Assembly: GCA_017547175.1 (NCBI GenBank)
Contig: JAFYQI010000002.1
Coordinates: 145,722 to 209,721 of the forward strand
Reading direction: 5' to 3'
From: Alistipes sp.
GTDB lineage: Bacteria > Bacteroidota > Bacteroidia > Bacteroidales > Rikenellaceae
Length of the DNA stretch: 64,000 nucleotides
Under the pieces are notes generated by a model. It worked only from the letters and a program-made list of their open reading frames with translations. It made no database searches and was not told the origin of the DNA. Below are positions 55,761 through 64,000 of this stretch, piece by piece (the first letter of the stretch is position 1; each line of letters opens with the position of its first letter). The translations under genes and the position numbers were made by a program.

Positions 55761-57329
55761 ATGATTAACGCTTCTTATTTGCAAGGGCTTGACTGGGGTA
55801 TCCTGATCGGCTACTTCGTCATTCTGCTTGCCATCGGCATCTGGGCCAGCACCCAGCGCAAGAAGGGCAGCTCGCTCTTCTTGGCCGAAAACTCGCTGCG
55901 TTGGTACCACATCGGTTTCTCGATGTGGGGCACGAACGTCGGCCCTTCGATGCTGATTGCCTCCGCTTCGGCCGGTTTCACGACCGGTATCGTATCGGGT
56001 AACTTCGCCTGGTATGCCTTCATTTTTATCTGCATGTTGGCCTTCGTCTTTGCCCCACGCTACCTAGGCTCGAAGGTCTCGACCCTGCCCGAGTTCATGG
56101 GCCTGCGTTTCGGTCAATCGACCCGCAACATCCTGGCCTGGTACACCATGATCACGGTGCTTATCTCGTGGTTGGCGCTGACGCTCTTCGCAGGCGGTGT
56201 GCTGATTCGTCAGGTCTTCGACATCCCGATGTGGGAGTCAGCCCTGATTCTGCTGGCCATCTCAGCCTTCTTTACGATGCTCGGCGGTCTGAAGGCTGTC
56301 GCCTACACGAACGTCTATCAGATGTTGCTCCTGATCTTCGTTTCGGCCGTGATCGTCATCGCCGGTCTGAACAAGCTGGGCGGCATCGATGAGCTGATCG
56401 CCCGCACGCCGGCCGACTATTGGGTGCTCTTCCGCCCCAATTCGGATGTCGACTTCCCCTGGCTGCCGATCATCCTCGGCTACCCCATTTCGGGTATCTG
56501 GTTCTGGTGCACCGACCAGTCGATGGTGCAGCCCGTCCTGGCCGCCAAGAATCTGCGCGAGGGTCAGCTCGGTACGAACTTCACGGGTTGGTTGAAGATT
56601 CTGGATGTGCCCCTCTACATCTTGCCGGGTATCATCTGCTTCGCCCTCTACCCCACGTTGGCAAATCCCGATGAGGCCTATATGACGATGGTCAAGAACC
56701 TCTTCCCGGTAGGTATGGTGGGCTTGGTGCTGGCCGTTCTGACCGCCGCCCTCGTCAGTACGATCGGCTCGGCACTCAACGCGCTGAGTACGGTCTTCAC
56801 GATGGATATCTACGTCAAGAAGTTCAACCCCCAGGCCTCGAACAAGGAGATCATCCGCATGGGTCAGATCGTGACTGTTGTGGGTGCCATCATCTCGGTG
56901 ATCATCTGCGTAGCGATCGACTCGATCAAGGGTCTGAACCTCTTCAACGTATTCCAGTCGGTGCTGAGCTTCATCGCACCGCCCATGGCTGCCGTCTTTG
57001 TGATGGGTGTCTTCTGGAAGCGCACCACGAAGCGCGCCGCCAACTTCACGCTCACGATCGGTACGCTGATCAGCATCGGCACGGGTATCATGTACCTCTG
57101 GGCATGGCCCGCAGGTATTGCCAAGCCGCACTTCATGCTCCTCTCGTTCTACCTCTGGGTACTGCTTGTAATGTGCATGTTGCTCATTTCGCACTTCGAC
57201 AAATCGCCCATGGAGGAGGGCACGGAGCTCTTCGACAAGGTGGAGCGTCAGAAGGTCGGAGGCTTGGTTGCAGGCCTTTGGATCGCCCTCATTGTGGTGA
57301 TGGTCGGGTTGTATATTTTCTTCAACTAA
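55761..57329 (+). CDS. sodium:solute symporter family transporter
   Basis: About 13 TM helices and SSF-type pattern (GGLKAVAYTNVYQ). Confidence 0.85.
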   Translation: MINASYLQGLDWGILIGYFVILLAIGIWASTQRKKGSSLFLAENSLRWYHIGFSMWGTNVGPSMLIASASAGFTTGIVSGNFAWYAFIFICMLAFVFAPRYLGSKVSTLPEFMGLRFGQSTRNILAWYTMITVLISWLALTLFAGGVLIRQVFDIPMWESALILLAISAFFTMLGGLKAVAYTNVYQMLLLIFVSAVIVIAGLNKLGGIDELIARTPADYWVLFRPNSDVDFPWLPIILGYPISGIWFWCTDQSMVQPVLAAKNLREGQLGTNFTGWLKILDVPLYILPGIICFALYPTLANPDEAYMTMVKNLFPVGMVGLVLAVLTAALVSTIGSALNALSTVFTMDIYVKKFNPQASNKEIIRMGQIVTVVGAIISVIICVAIDSIKGLNLFNVFQSVLSFIAPPMAAVFVMGVFWKRTTKRAANFTLTIGTLISIGTGIMYLWAWPAGIAKPHFMLLSFYLWVLLVMCMLLISHFDKSPMEEGTELFDKVERQKVGGLVAGLWIALIVVMVGLYIFFN

Positions 57330-57351
57330 CGAGCGACCAACACACCTAACA

Positions 57352-57389
57352 AATAAGCCCCGCCAGAAAATTCTGACGGGGCTTATTTA
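57352..57389. terminator. bidirectional terminator
   Basis: AAATAAGCCCCG ... CGGGGCTTATTT between convergent genes. Confidence 0.7.
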
Positions 57390-57432
57390 TAAAAGAGAAC
57401 GAATTGGTAACGGCTGTTACCTATTGACCTCT

Positions 57433-58455
57433 TTATTCAAACTTAACCAGGATGCGGAACACTTTACCCGGCGCTGCAGCCCACTCCTTCATCACGTCGT
57501 GTGCCGTATCGGGCGTTGCAACAGCCGAAACCAGGCGATCCTTCGGGAAGTCGGGATGCTCCTTCATGAAGCGAATCACGGCGCGGAAATCCGACGGCAT
57601 GGCGTTACGCGAACCGCGGATATCAAGCTCCTTCTGTACGAACAATTTGGTCTGGAACTCCACGTTGCTCTTGGCGTAACCGATGCAGACTACGCGGCCG
57701 GCAAAGGCCACCTCATCAACAGCCATCACATAGGTTGCGGGGGCACCTACGGCCTCCACCACCACGTTCGGGCCATGACCACCGGTCAGCTCCTGCAAAC
57801 GCTCGTGGACATTCTCAGTCATCGTATTGACCGTATATTTAGCACCCAGTTCCTTTGCCAGGGCCAGCTTTTCGTCGTCGATATCGGCAGCAATCACCGT
57901 AGCACCACGCAGCGAAGCACGCACGATGGCACCCACACCGATCATACCGCAACCGATCACCATCACCGTATCCAGATCGGTCACCTGAGCACGATCCACG
58001 GCGTGGAAACCTACGCTCATCGGCTCGATAAGGGCCGTATCACGCGCCGAGATACCCTCAGCGGGAATCACCTTCTGCCAGGGCACCACAATGTAGTCCG
58101 ACATGGCACCATTGCGCTGTACACCGAGCGTTTCGTTGAATTGGCAAGCATTCACGCGACCTGAGAGGCACGAAGCACACGTTCCGCAAGCCGTATAGGG
58201 GTTGATCGTCACGTTCTGACCCACCACAATCGAAGCGGGAACGCTCTCACCTACGGCTGCCACTTCGCCACCGATCTCATGACCCGGAATTACGGGCAGC
58301 TTCACCATCGGGTTACGACCCAGATAGGTATTGAGATCCGAGCCACAATAGCCCACATAACACATCTTCACAAGCACCTCACCGGCTTTGAGCTGAGGCT
58401 GCTCCAACTCGACCACCTTCATTTCCAAAGGGGCCACAATCTGTACTGCTTTCAT
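57433..58455 (-). CDS. zinc-dependent alcohol/polyol dehydrogenase (MDR family)
   Basis: GHEIGGEV, structural-Zn Cys cluster CGTCASCLSG, Rossmann VIGCGMIG. Confidence 0.85.
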   Translation of the reverse strand: MKAVQIVAPLEMKVVELEQPQLKAGEVLVKMCYVGYCGSDLNTYLGRNPMVKLPVIPGHEIGGEVAAVGESVPASIVVGQNVTINPYTACGTCASCLSGRVNACQFNETLGVQRNGAMSDYIVVPWQKVIPAEGISARDTALIEPMSVGFHAVDRAQVTDLDTVMVIGCGMIGVGAIVRASLRGATVIAADIDDEKLALAKELGAKYTVNTMTENVHERLQELTGGHGPNVVVEAVGAPATYVMAVDEVAFAGRVVCIGYAKSNVEFQTKLFVQKELDIRGSRNAMPSDFRAVIRFMKEHPDFPKDRLVSAVATPDTAHDVMKEWAAAPGKVFRILVKFE

Positions 58456-58611
58456 TGGTTTATAATTAGCTTATTTCGTTTCATAAATCCTCAAAAGTTG
58501 CTTTGGCAGTGCTTTTTAGAGCTGCTCGCAGGCTGTAACGCCGCATCATACTTACCATAGTGAGGATGTTACAGACATCTCAGAGGGCGAAAGAGCCCTG
58601 CCAAATAACTT

Positions 58612-59538
58612 TTACTCCGACATATTTTTAATATACGGCAACTCCACCAGATCCGTAAATCCGTAGAACTGCTCCGCATTACCACCCAGGAACATCGCCT
58701 TCTCGGCATCGGTCATCTCCTTCGTCTTTTGAATAAAATCATACGACATACGATAGGTGATGGCCGTGATCGTACGCGGGTAATCCGAGCCCCACATCAA
58801 CTTCTCCATGCCCACCTCGTCGGCTGCCTGACGAATGGCACGCACAGCACCCGGGAAGGGGTAAAACTCGCTGTTGAAGAGCCACGTGATACCACCCGAC
58901 TCGATCATCACGTTCTTGTGACGGGCCAGACGCACCTGCTCCATGAAGGTCGGGAAGGTCGCCATACCGAAATGGCCCACCGCCGTCTTGAGGTTGGGGT
59001 GCTGCTGCAGGATCTCGTTCATCTGAGCAATCTGGTGCGAATCATCGTCCAAATCGAGCGAGAGGATCATCCCCTCCTGCTCCATCCAGGCGAAGAGCTG
59101 CATCATCTTCTCATCCTGCAACTCCACGGTCACCGCATCGGTCTTGAGGCGGTTGGCAGGGATCTTGATGGCCTGAAAACCACGCTCCTTGAGTTGCTTG
59201 GCCTGTCCCACGACATCCTCATCGAAATACTCGCACATGCCGCAGCAGAAGAATCGATTCGGGTACTTACGCTGCACCTCCTCCAAATAGTCGTTCTGCA
59301 GGCCGTCGATATACTCTTGCGTAATGACTGCCGCCGAGACCTGCGCATAGTTCATGTTCGAGAGGAAGACCTCAGCCGAGTTCTTACCGTCGATCATAAA
59401 GGGCGGAATCATCTGCACCTCCTCACCGAGGAAGTGCGAACGACCGTTCTCGAGCGTTTGGATTCGCTTGCCGTTCCAAACGGCATCCTGCTTGAGCCAC
59501 AGGTGGGCGTGGGCATCAATGATCTTATAATCCATCAC
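58612..59538 (-). CDS. amidohydrolase-2 family protein (lactonase/decarboxylase-like)
   Basis: IIDAHAHLW N-terminal metal motif. PF04909-like. Confidence 0.75.
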   Translation of the reverse strand: MMDYKIIDAHAHLWLKQDAVWNGKRIQTLENGRSHFLGEEVQMIPPFMIDGKNSAEVFLSNMNYAQVSAAVITQEYIDGLQNDYLEEVQRKYPNRFFCCGMCEYFDEDVVGQAKQLKERGFQAIKIPANRLKTDAVTVELQDEKMMQLFAWMEQEGMILSLDLDDDSHQIAQMNEILQQHPNLKTAVGHFGMATFPTFMEQVRLARHKNVMIESGGITWLFNSEFYPFPGAVRAIRQAADEVGMEKLMWGSDYPRTITAITYRMSYDFIQKTKEMTDAEKAMFLGGNAEQFYGFTDLVELPYIKNMSE

Positions 59539-59546
59539 CGCAAAGA

Positions 59547-60479
59547 TTAGGAGTTGGCCCAGCTGACACGCTTCTGTTCACCGATGATCTCCTGCACCTC
59601 GGCAACGAGCTGCCAATCGATCGGCTCCTCGATGAAGGCGAGGTTCTTCTTCACATTGGCCGGATTGGCCGACGAGAAGAGGGTCGTTGCGATGCGGTCG
59701 TTCGAGAGGGCATACTGCATGGCCAGCTTCTCGATCGGATAACCCTTCGCCTTGCAGTGGTCGGCAGCCTTCTTGCAGGCCTCCACCAGCGGTTTGGGTG
59801 CGGGATGCCAATCGGGCACACCACGCTCCGACAAAAGGCCCATCGAGAGGGGCGATGCGCTAATCACACCCACGTTGTGCTCCTCGAAGAAATCCAGAAA
59901 ATCGACCATCTTATCATCGCAGAGGCAGTAGTGGCAGAAGTTCAGCACACTCTCTACCGTACCTGCGGGAACATGCTCGATGACCCACTTCAGGTTCTCA
60001 AGCTGCAGGTCCGTAATACCGACATGGCTGACGATACCCTTCTCACGCAACTCAACGAGTGCCGGCAGAGTCTCCTCCACCACCTGGTTCAGATCGGCAA
60101 ACTCCACGTCATGGACATTGATCAAGTCGATGTGGTCGATACCCAAACGCTCCATGCTCTCATAGACGCTCTCCTGGGCACGCTTGGCCGAGTAGTCCCA
60201 CGTATTGACGCCATCCTGGCCATAACGGCCCACCTTGGTCGACAGGTAGTACTTGTCACGAGGCACGTTGCGCAACGCCTTACCCAGCACCGTCTCGGCC
60301 TTGTAGTGGCCGTAGTAGGGCGAAACGTCGATGAAGTTCATACCACCCTCGATGGCCGTATAGACTGCCTCGAGAGCCTCGTCCTCGCGCGTCGAGCGGA
60401 AGACACTACCGAGCGACGAAGCACCGAAACTGAGGTTCGATACCACCATGCCCGTCTTACCGATTTCGTTGAATTTCAT
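59547..60479 (-). CDS. aldo/keto reductase
   Basis: AKR pattern GASSLG...FIDVSPYYG...LSTKVG. Confidence 0.85.
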   Translation of the reverse strand: MKFNEIGKTGMVVSNLSFGASSLGSVFRSTREDEALEAVYTAIEGGMNFIDVSPYYGHYKAETVLGKALRNVPRDKYYLSTKVGRYGQDGVNTWDYSAKRAQESVYESMERLGIDHIDLINVHDVEFADLNQVVEETLPALVELREKGIVSHVGITDLQLENLKWVIEHVPAGTVESVLNFCHYCLCDDKMVDFLDFFEEHNVGVISASPLSMGLLSERGVPDWHPAPKPLVEACKKAADHCKAKGYPIEKLAMQYALSNDRIATTLFSSANPANVKKNLAFIEEPIDWQLVAEVQEIIGEQKRVSWANS

Positions 60480-60582
60480 GATTTATGATGTTTTAGAATC
60501 TTGTTAGCAATACATAACGCCTATAATAGAACAAAAATAATTATTTTCATCGAAAATTCAAATTTTGCAGGCCACAAAAAAA

Positions 60583-60606
60583 GGGTCGCAGTGAACTGCA
60601 ACCCTC
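60583..60606 (-). terminator. terminator of the guaA-like gene
   Basis: GGGTCGCAG-TGAA-CTGCAACCC with a T-run on the minus strand. Confidence 0.55.
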
Positions 60607-60639
60607 AAGTATATATTTATTTCGGCGTTCTTTCGCGCT

Positions 60640-61947
60640 TTACTCCCACTCAATCGTAGCGTTCGGCTTCGGCGAGAGATCGTAGCATACGCGGTTCACA
60701 TTGGGAACCTCTGCCAAGATGCGGTTCGTGATCTTGTGCAGCACAGGCCACTCGATCTCCTCGATCGTAGCGGTCATGGCATCCACCGTATTCACAGCAC
60801 GCAGGATCACCGGCCAATCGTACGAACGAGCGTTGTTGCGTACACCCACCGACTTGAAGTCGGGAATGACGGTAAAGTACTGCCAAACCTTCTTGTCCAG
60901 ACCGGCATTCTTGAACTCCTCACGCAGGATGGCATCAGCCTCGCGCAGCGCCTCGAGGCGGTCACGCGTGATGGCACCCAGGCAACGCACACCCAGACCC
61001 GGACCCGGGAAGGGCTGACGATAAACCATATCGTACGGCAGACCCAACTCGACACCGCAGGCGCGAACCTCATCCTTGAAGAGCTGACGCAGCGGCTCTA
61101 CGAGCTCGAACTGCAGATCCTCCGGCAGACCACCTACGTTGTGGTGCGACTTCACCATCTTAGCCGTCTTCGTACCGCTCTCCACGATGTCGGGATAGAT
61201 CGTACCCTGACCCAGGAAATCGATACCATCGAGCTTGCGAGCCTCTTCCTCAAATACACGGATAAACTCACCACCAATGATCTTACGCTTCTGCTCAGGA
61301 TCCTCAACGCCCTCCAACTTCGTCAGGAAGCGATCCGTAGCGTCAACATAAACCAAATTAGCATTGAGCTGGTTGCGGAATACCTCCACAACATCCTCCG
61401 ACTCACCCTTGCGCATCAGACCGTGGTTCACATGAACGCAAACGAGCTTATCACCAATAGCCTTCAGCAACAGAGCTGCCAACACCGACGAATCGACACC
61501 ACCCGACAAAGCGAGCAGTACCTTCTTATCGCCTACCTGACGACGCACGAGCTCCACCTGGTCGTCGATAAAGTTTTTCATATTCCAATTCGTTTCGGCC
61601 TTGCAGACATCAAAAACGAACGACTTCACCATCTCCTTGGCTACCTCCATATCGTTACCCAGCTGAGGGAGCTTCACCTCGCACGTAGCCTTATCGTGAC
61701 CCATGGCGATCACGGGGAAGCCGGCCTCATAAATCTCGGGGAGCACGTCGATCTCTACACCATCGACAACATTCATCGGGCCACCGTTCAAAATCACGCC
61801 CTTCACACCGGGCAAAGCCTTCAACTCATTGGCCGTAATGTCATGCGGATAAATCTCGCTGTAAACACCCAAATCACGGATTGCGCGCGCCAACACCGTA
61901 TTCTCGTGGCTGCCCAAATCCAAAATCACAATCATATCTTGCTTCAT
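60640..61947 (-). CDS. guaA: GMP synthase-like protein with shortened, apparently inactive amidotransferase domain
   Basis: ATP-PPase loop LALSGGVDSSV and C-terminal dimerisation domain ending TIEWE. The N-terminal domain is only ~95 aa and lacks the GICYG Cys. Confidence 0.8.
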   Translation of the reverse strand: MKQDMIVILDLGSHENTVLARAIRDLGVYSEIYPHDITANELKALPGVKGVILNGGPMNVVDGVEIDVLPEIYEAGFPVIAMGHDKATCEVKLPQLGNDMEVAKEMVKSFVFDVCKAETNWNMKNFIDDQVELVRRQVGDKKVLLALSGGVDSSVLAALLLKAIGDKLVCVHVNHGLMRKGESEDVVEVFRNQLNANLVYVDATDRFLTKLEGVEDPEQKRKIIGGEFIRVFEEEARKLDGIDFLGQGTIYPDIVESGTKTAKMVKSHHNVGGLPEDLQFELVEPLRQLFKDEVRACGVELGLPYDMVYRQPFPGPGLGVRCLGAITRDRLEALREADAILREEFKNAGLDKKVWQYFTVIPDFKSVGVRNNARSYDWPVILRAVNTVDAMTATIEEIEWPVLHKITNRILAEVPNVNRVCYDLSPKPNATIEWE

Positions 61948-62065
61948 AGCTGTAAGTATTTATATTCTTATTTACCTATTTAAAAGACCTCAGCCCACGT
62001 CACAACGCATCTTAAAGCGTCGATTGGTGAGCTGAGGTCATATGTATCATAAGCGTCATGAAAAT

Positions 62066-63544
62066 TTATCGTTCGCTCGAATAGTTCGGAGCCTCACGCG
62101 TAATGGCCACATCATGCGGGTGGCTCTCCTGCATACCCGATGCCGTAATGCGGATAAACTTGGCCTGCTGAAGAGTCGGAATATCCTTTGCTCCGCAATA
62201 ACCCATACCCGAGCGCAAACCTCCGATAAGCTGATAAACCGTCTCGCTCAACGTACCCTTATAGGGAACACGTGCCACAATACCTTCAGGAACCAACTTA
62301 TTGATATTACCCTCGCATCCCTTCTGGAAATAGCGATCAGCCGAACCGGCTTTCATGGCATCGATCGAACCCATACCACGGTACGACTTAAACTTACGAC
62401 CGTTGAAGATAATCGTCTCGCCCGGAGCCTCCTCCGTACCGGCAAACATCGATCCTACCATCACCGAGTCACCACCGGCAGCCAACGCCTTCACAATATC
62501 ACCCGAATAGCGCAAACCACCATCGGCAATTACCGGCACATTGCTCTTCTTGGCCTCCGAGGCTGCAGCATAGATAGCCGACAGCTGGGGAACACCGACA
62601 CCGGCAATAATACGAGTCGTACAGATCGAACCGGGACCGATACCAACCTTGATACCATCAGCACCTGCATCGATCAAGAAACGGGCAGCCTCAGCCGTAG
62701 CAATATTACCGGCCACCACATCAAGCGTGGGGAACTCCGCCTTGATTTCGCGCAATTTCTTGGCGATATTAGCCGAGTGACCGTGTGCCGAATCGAGCAC
62801 CACTGCATCTACACCTTCGGCAACCAATGCACGTACACGCACCAAAGCATCCTCCGTAATACCGACGCCGGCAGCTACACGCAGACGGCCTTTGGCATCC
62901 TTGCAGGCATTGGGGTGATCCTGAATCTTCGTAATATCCTTATAGGTGATCAGACCAACCAGACGATCATTCTCATCCACAACAGGGAGTTTCTCAATCT
63001 TCGAGCCGAGCAACATATCCTTTGCTGTCTCCAAGTCGGTCGAGTGAGTCGTTACAAGGTTTTCGCGCGGGGTCATCACATCACCAATCAAGCGATTCAT
63101 ATCGCGCTGGAAACGCAAATCGCGATTCGTTACGATACCAATCAACTTCATCGACGAATCTACCACAGGAATACCACCAATCTTATTTTCACGCATGAGG
63201 TTCAAGGCATCAGCCACAGTCTCCTCCTTCGAGATGGTCACCGGGTCATAAATCATGCCATTCTCGGCACGCTTCACACGACGAACCTGAGCGGCCTGCT
63301 CGACAATCGACATGTTTTTGTGAATGACGCCGATACCTCCCTCACGAGCCAAGGCAATAGCCATAGGGGCCTCCGTAACGGTATCCATCGCTGCTGAAAC
63401 GATGGGAATGTTCAAGCTGATATTTCGCGAGAAACGAGTTTGCATAACAACCTCTCGCGGCAACACCTCGGAATAGGCGGGAACCAACAGCACATCGTCA
63501 AAGGTCAAACCTTCGGGCTGTACTCTTTCATCAATAAAAGACAT
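62066..63544 (-). CDS. guaB: IMP dehydrogenase
   Basis: [11 protein letters not shown] start, CBS pair, catalytic loop [14 protein letters not shown] 63544 chosen. Confidence 0.9.
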   Translation of the reverse strand: MSFIDERVQPEGLTFDDVLLVPAYSEVLPREVVMQTRFSRNISLNIPIVSAAMDTVTEAPMAIALAREGGIGVIHKNMSIVEQAAQVRRVKRAENGMIYDPVTISKEETVADALNLMRENKIGGIPVVDSSMKLIGIVTNRDLRFQRDMNRLIGDVMTPRENLVTTHSTDLETAKDMLLGSKIEKLPVVDENDRLVGLITYKDITKIQDHPNACKDAKGRLRVAAGVGITEDALVRVRALVAEGVDAVVLDSAHGHSANIAKKLREIKAEFPTLDVVAGNIATAEAARFLIDAGADGIKVGIGPGSICTTRIIAGVGVPQLSAIYAAASEAKKSNVPVIADGGLRYSGDIVKALAAGGDSVMVGSMFAGTEEAPGETIIFNGRKFKSYRGMGSIDAMKAGSADRYFQKGCEGNINKLVPEGIVARVPYKGTLSETVYQLIGGLRSGMGYCGAKDIPTLQQAKFIRITASGMQESHPHDVAITREAPNYSSER

Positions 63545-63698
63545 AATGAACGGATTTTTTGTTGCCTGCAAAAATAGTGATTTTTTCGGAATTTAACAAC
63601 AACGAAACCCTGCACAAGAAAAAAAAATCAACATTTTTTCATCAAGCGCAGGGTTTCGTTTTTCTATCTTCTCTACGAAGCCTATTTTGCGATTTAAA

Positions 63699-64000
63699 TC
63701 ACGGTATAAGGTTGTTCAAATAGCGTTCCAAATTGGTATAACCAGTCGTCACATCGACTACGTAATTGCCATCAGCAGCATTTCGAGGGTCGAGACCCTC
63801 ATTACGCTCCCACCAATCGGGCATACCGTCACCGTCCGTATCGCGCAACGCCTTGCGTTTTACACCACCATCGCTCAACGGACACCAGGGCGAATCGGCA
63901 CCTTCGGGCATCACATCCGTCTGCACGTCAATCAAACCCGGGTATTGCTCAGCATCGTCCGATATCGAGCCGCGATAGGTGGCCGTACCCGTACGGGTCT
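63699..64000 (-). CDS. C-terminal end of a larger secreted protein (5' end outside window)
   Basis: The frame stays open to nt 64000. The DTDGDGMPDWWERNEGLDP motif is seen at the C-termini of polysaccharide-lyase-like proteins. Confidence 0.55.
   Translation of the reverse strand, partial: TRTGTATYRGSISDDAEQYPGLIDVQTDVMPEGADSPWCPLSDGGVKRKALRDTDGDGMPDWWERNEGLDPRNAADGNYVVDVTTGYTNLERYLNNLIP

Noticed and set aside
56262-57194. 310-aa antisense ORF inside the SSF transporter gene; similar long antisense ORFs lie at 8224-8904, 49442-50269, 54857-55738, 58729-59550 and 59757-60488
   Set aside because: All lie opposite strongly supported genes. They translate to Arg/His/Gly/Asp-rich strings without recognisable domains, as is typical for GC-rich DNA.
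60736-63397. 415-aa and 451-aa plus-strand ORFs opposite the guaA-like gene and guaB
   Set aside because: The opposite strand encodes textbook GMP synthase and IMP dehydrogenase motifs. The plus-strand translations are repetitive T/R/H/L-rich nonsense.

Overview
Bacteroidota-type chromosome segment, judged from TAnnTTTG -7 boxes, a BspA-type LRR lipoprotein, an M56/BlaR-like sensor and glycan-utilisation genes. All functional calls come from motif recognition by eye; no database search or folding was run. A GC-rich housekeeping backbone carries an M28 peptidase, DEAD-box helicase, miaB, plsY, acyl-CoA ligase, a LytS/LytTR pair, miaA, a corrinoid methyltransferase module, a GH31/beta-helix/SSF sugar locus, a guaA-like gene, guaB and tRNA-Lys, -Leu, -Gly and -Ser. 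Three visibly AT-richer accessory stretches interrupt it. (1) nt 1-5.7 kb: a six-gene co-directional operon running off the left edge (unknown / DUF3644 / TcmP / DUF5131 / membrane protein / Bro-N::Fic). (2) nt 24.0-39.6 kb: about 15.6 kb wedged between the 3' ends of convergent tRNA-Lys(CTT) and tRNA-Leu(TAA). It holds a large serine recombinase whose ORF reads antisense into the tRNA, a small resolvase/invertase and several small MGE-type ORFs. It also holds a four-gene operon (cytoplasmic LRR+TPR protein, DUF2130, HEPN-like Rx4H protein, N6-adenine methyltransferase) and a Rep-like gene. It ends with an intermediate-GC cassette: WYL regulator -> HIRAN -> vWA -> PUA-like::SpoT-type HD hydrolase -> small ORF. 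(3) nt 43.2-47.3 kb: a ~206-bp repeat (two full copies, one partial) brackets a blaI/blaR1-like pair and a CAT-like gene next to tRNA-Ser. The best candidates for an undescribed system are the WYL-HIRAN-vWA-PUA::HD cassette and the LRR-TPR/DUF2130/HEPN-like/MTase operon.
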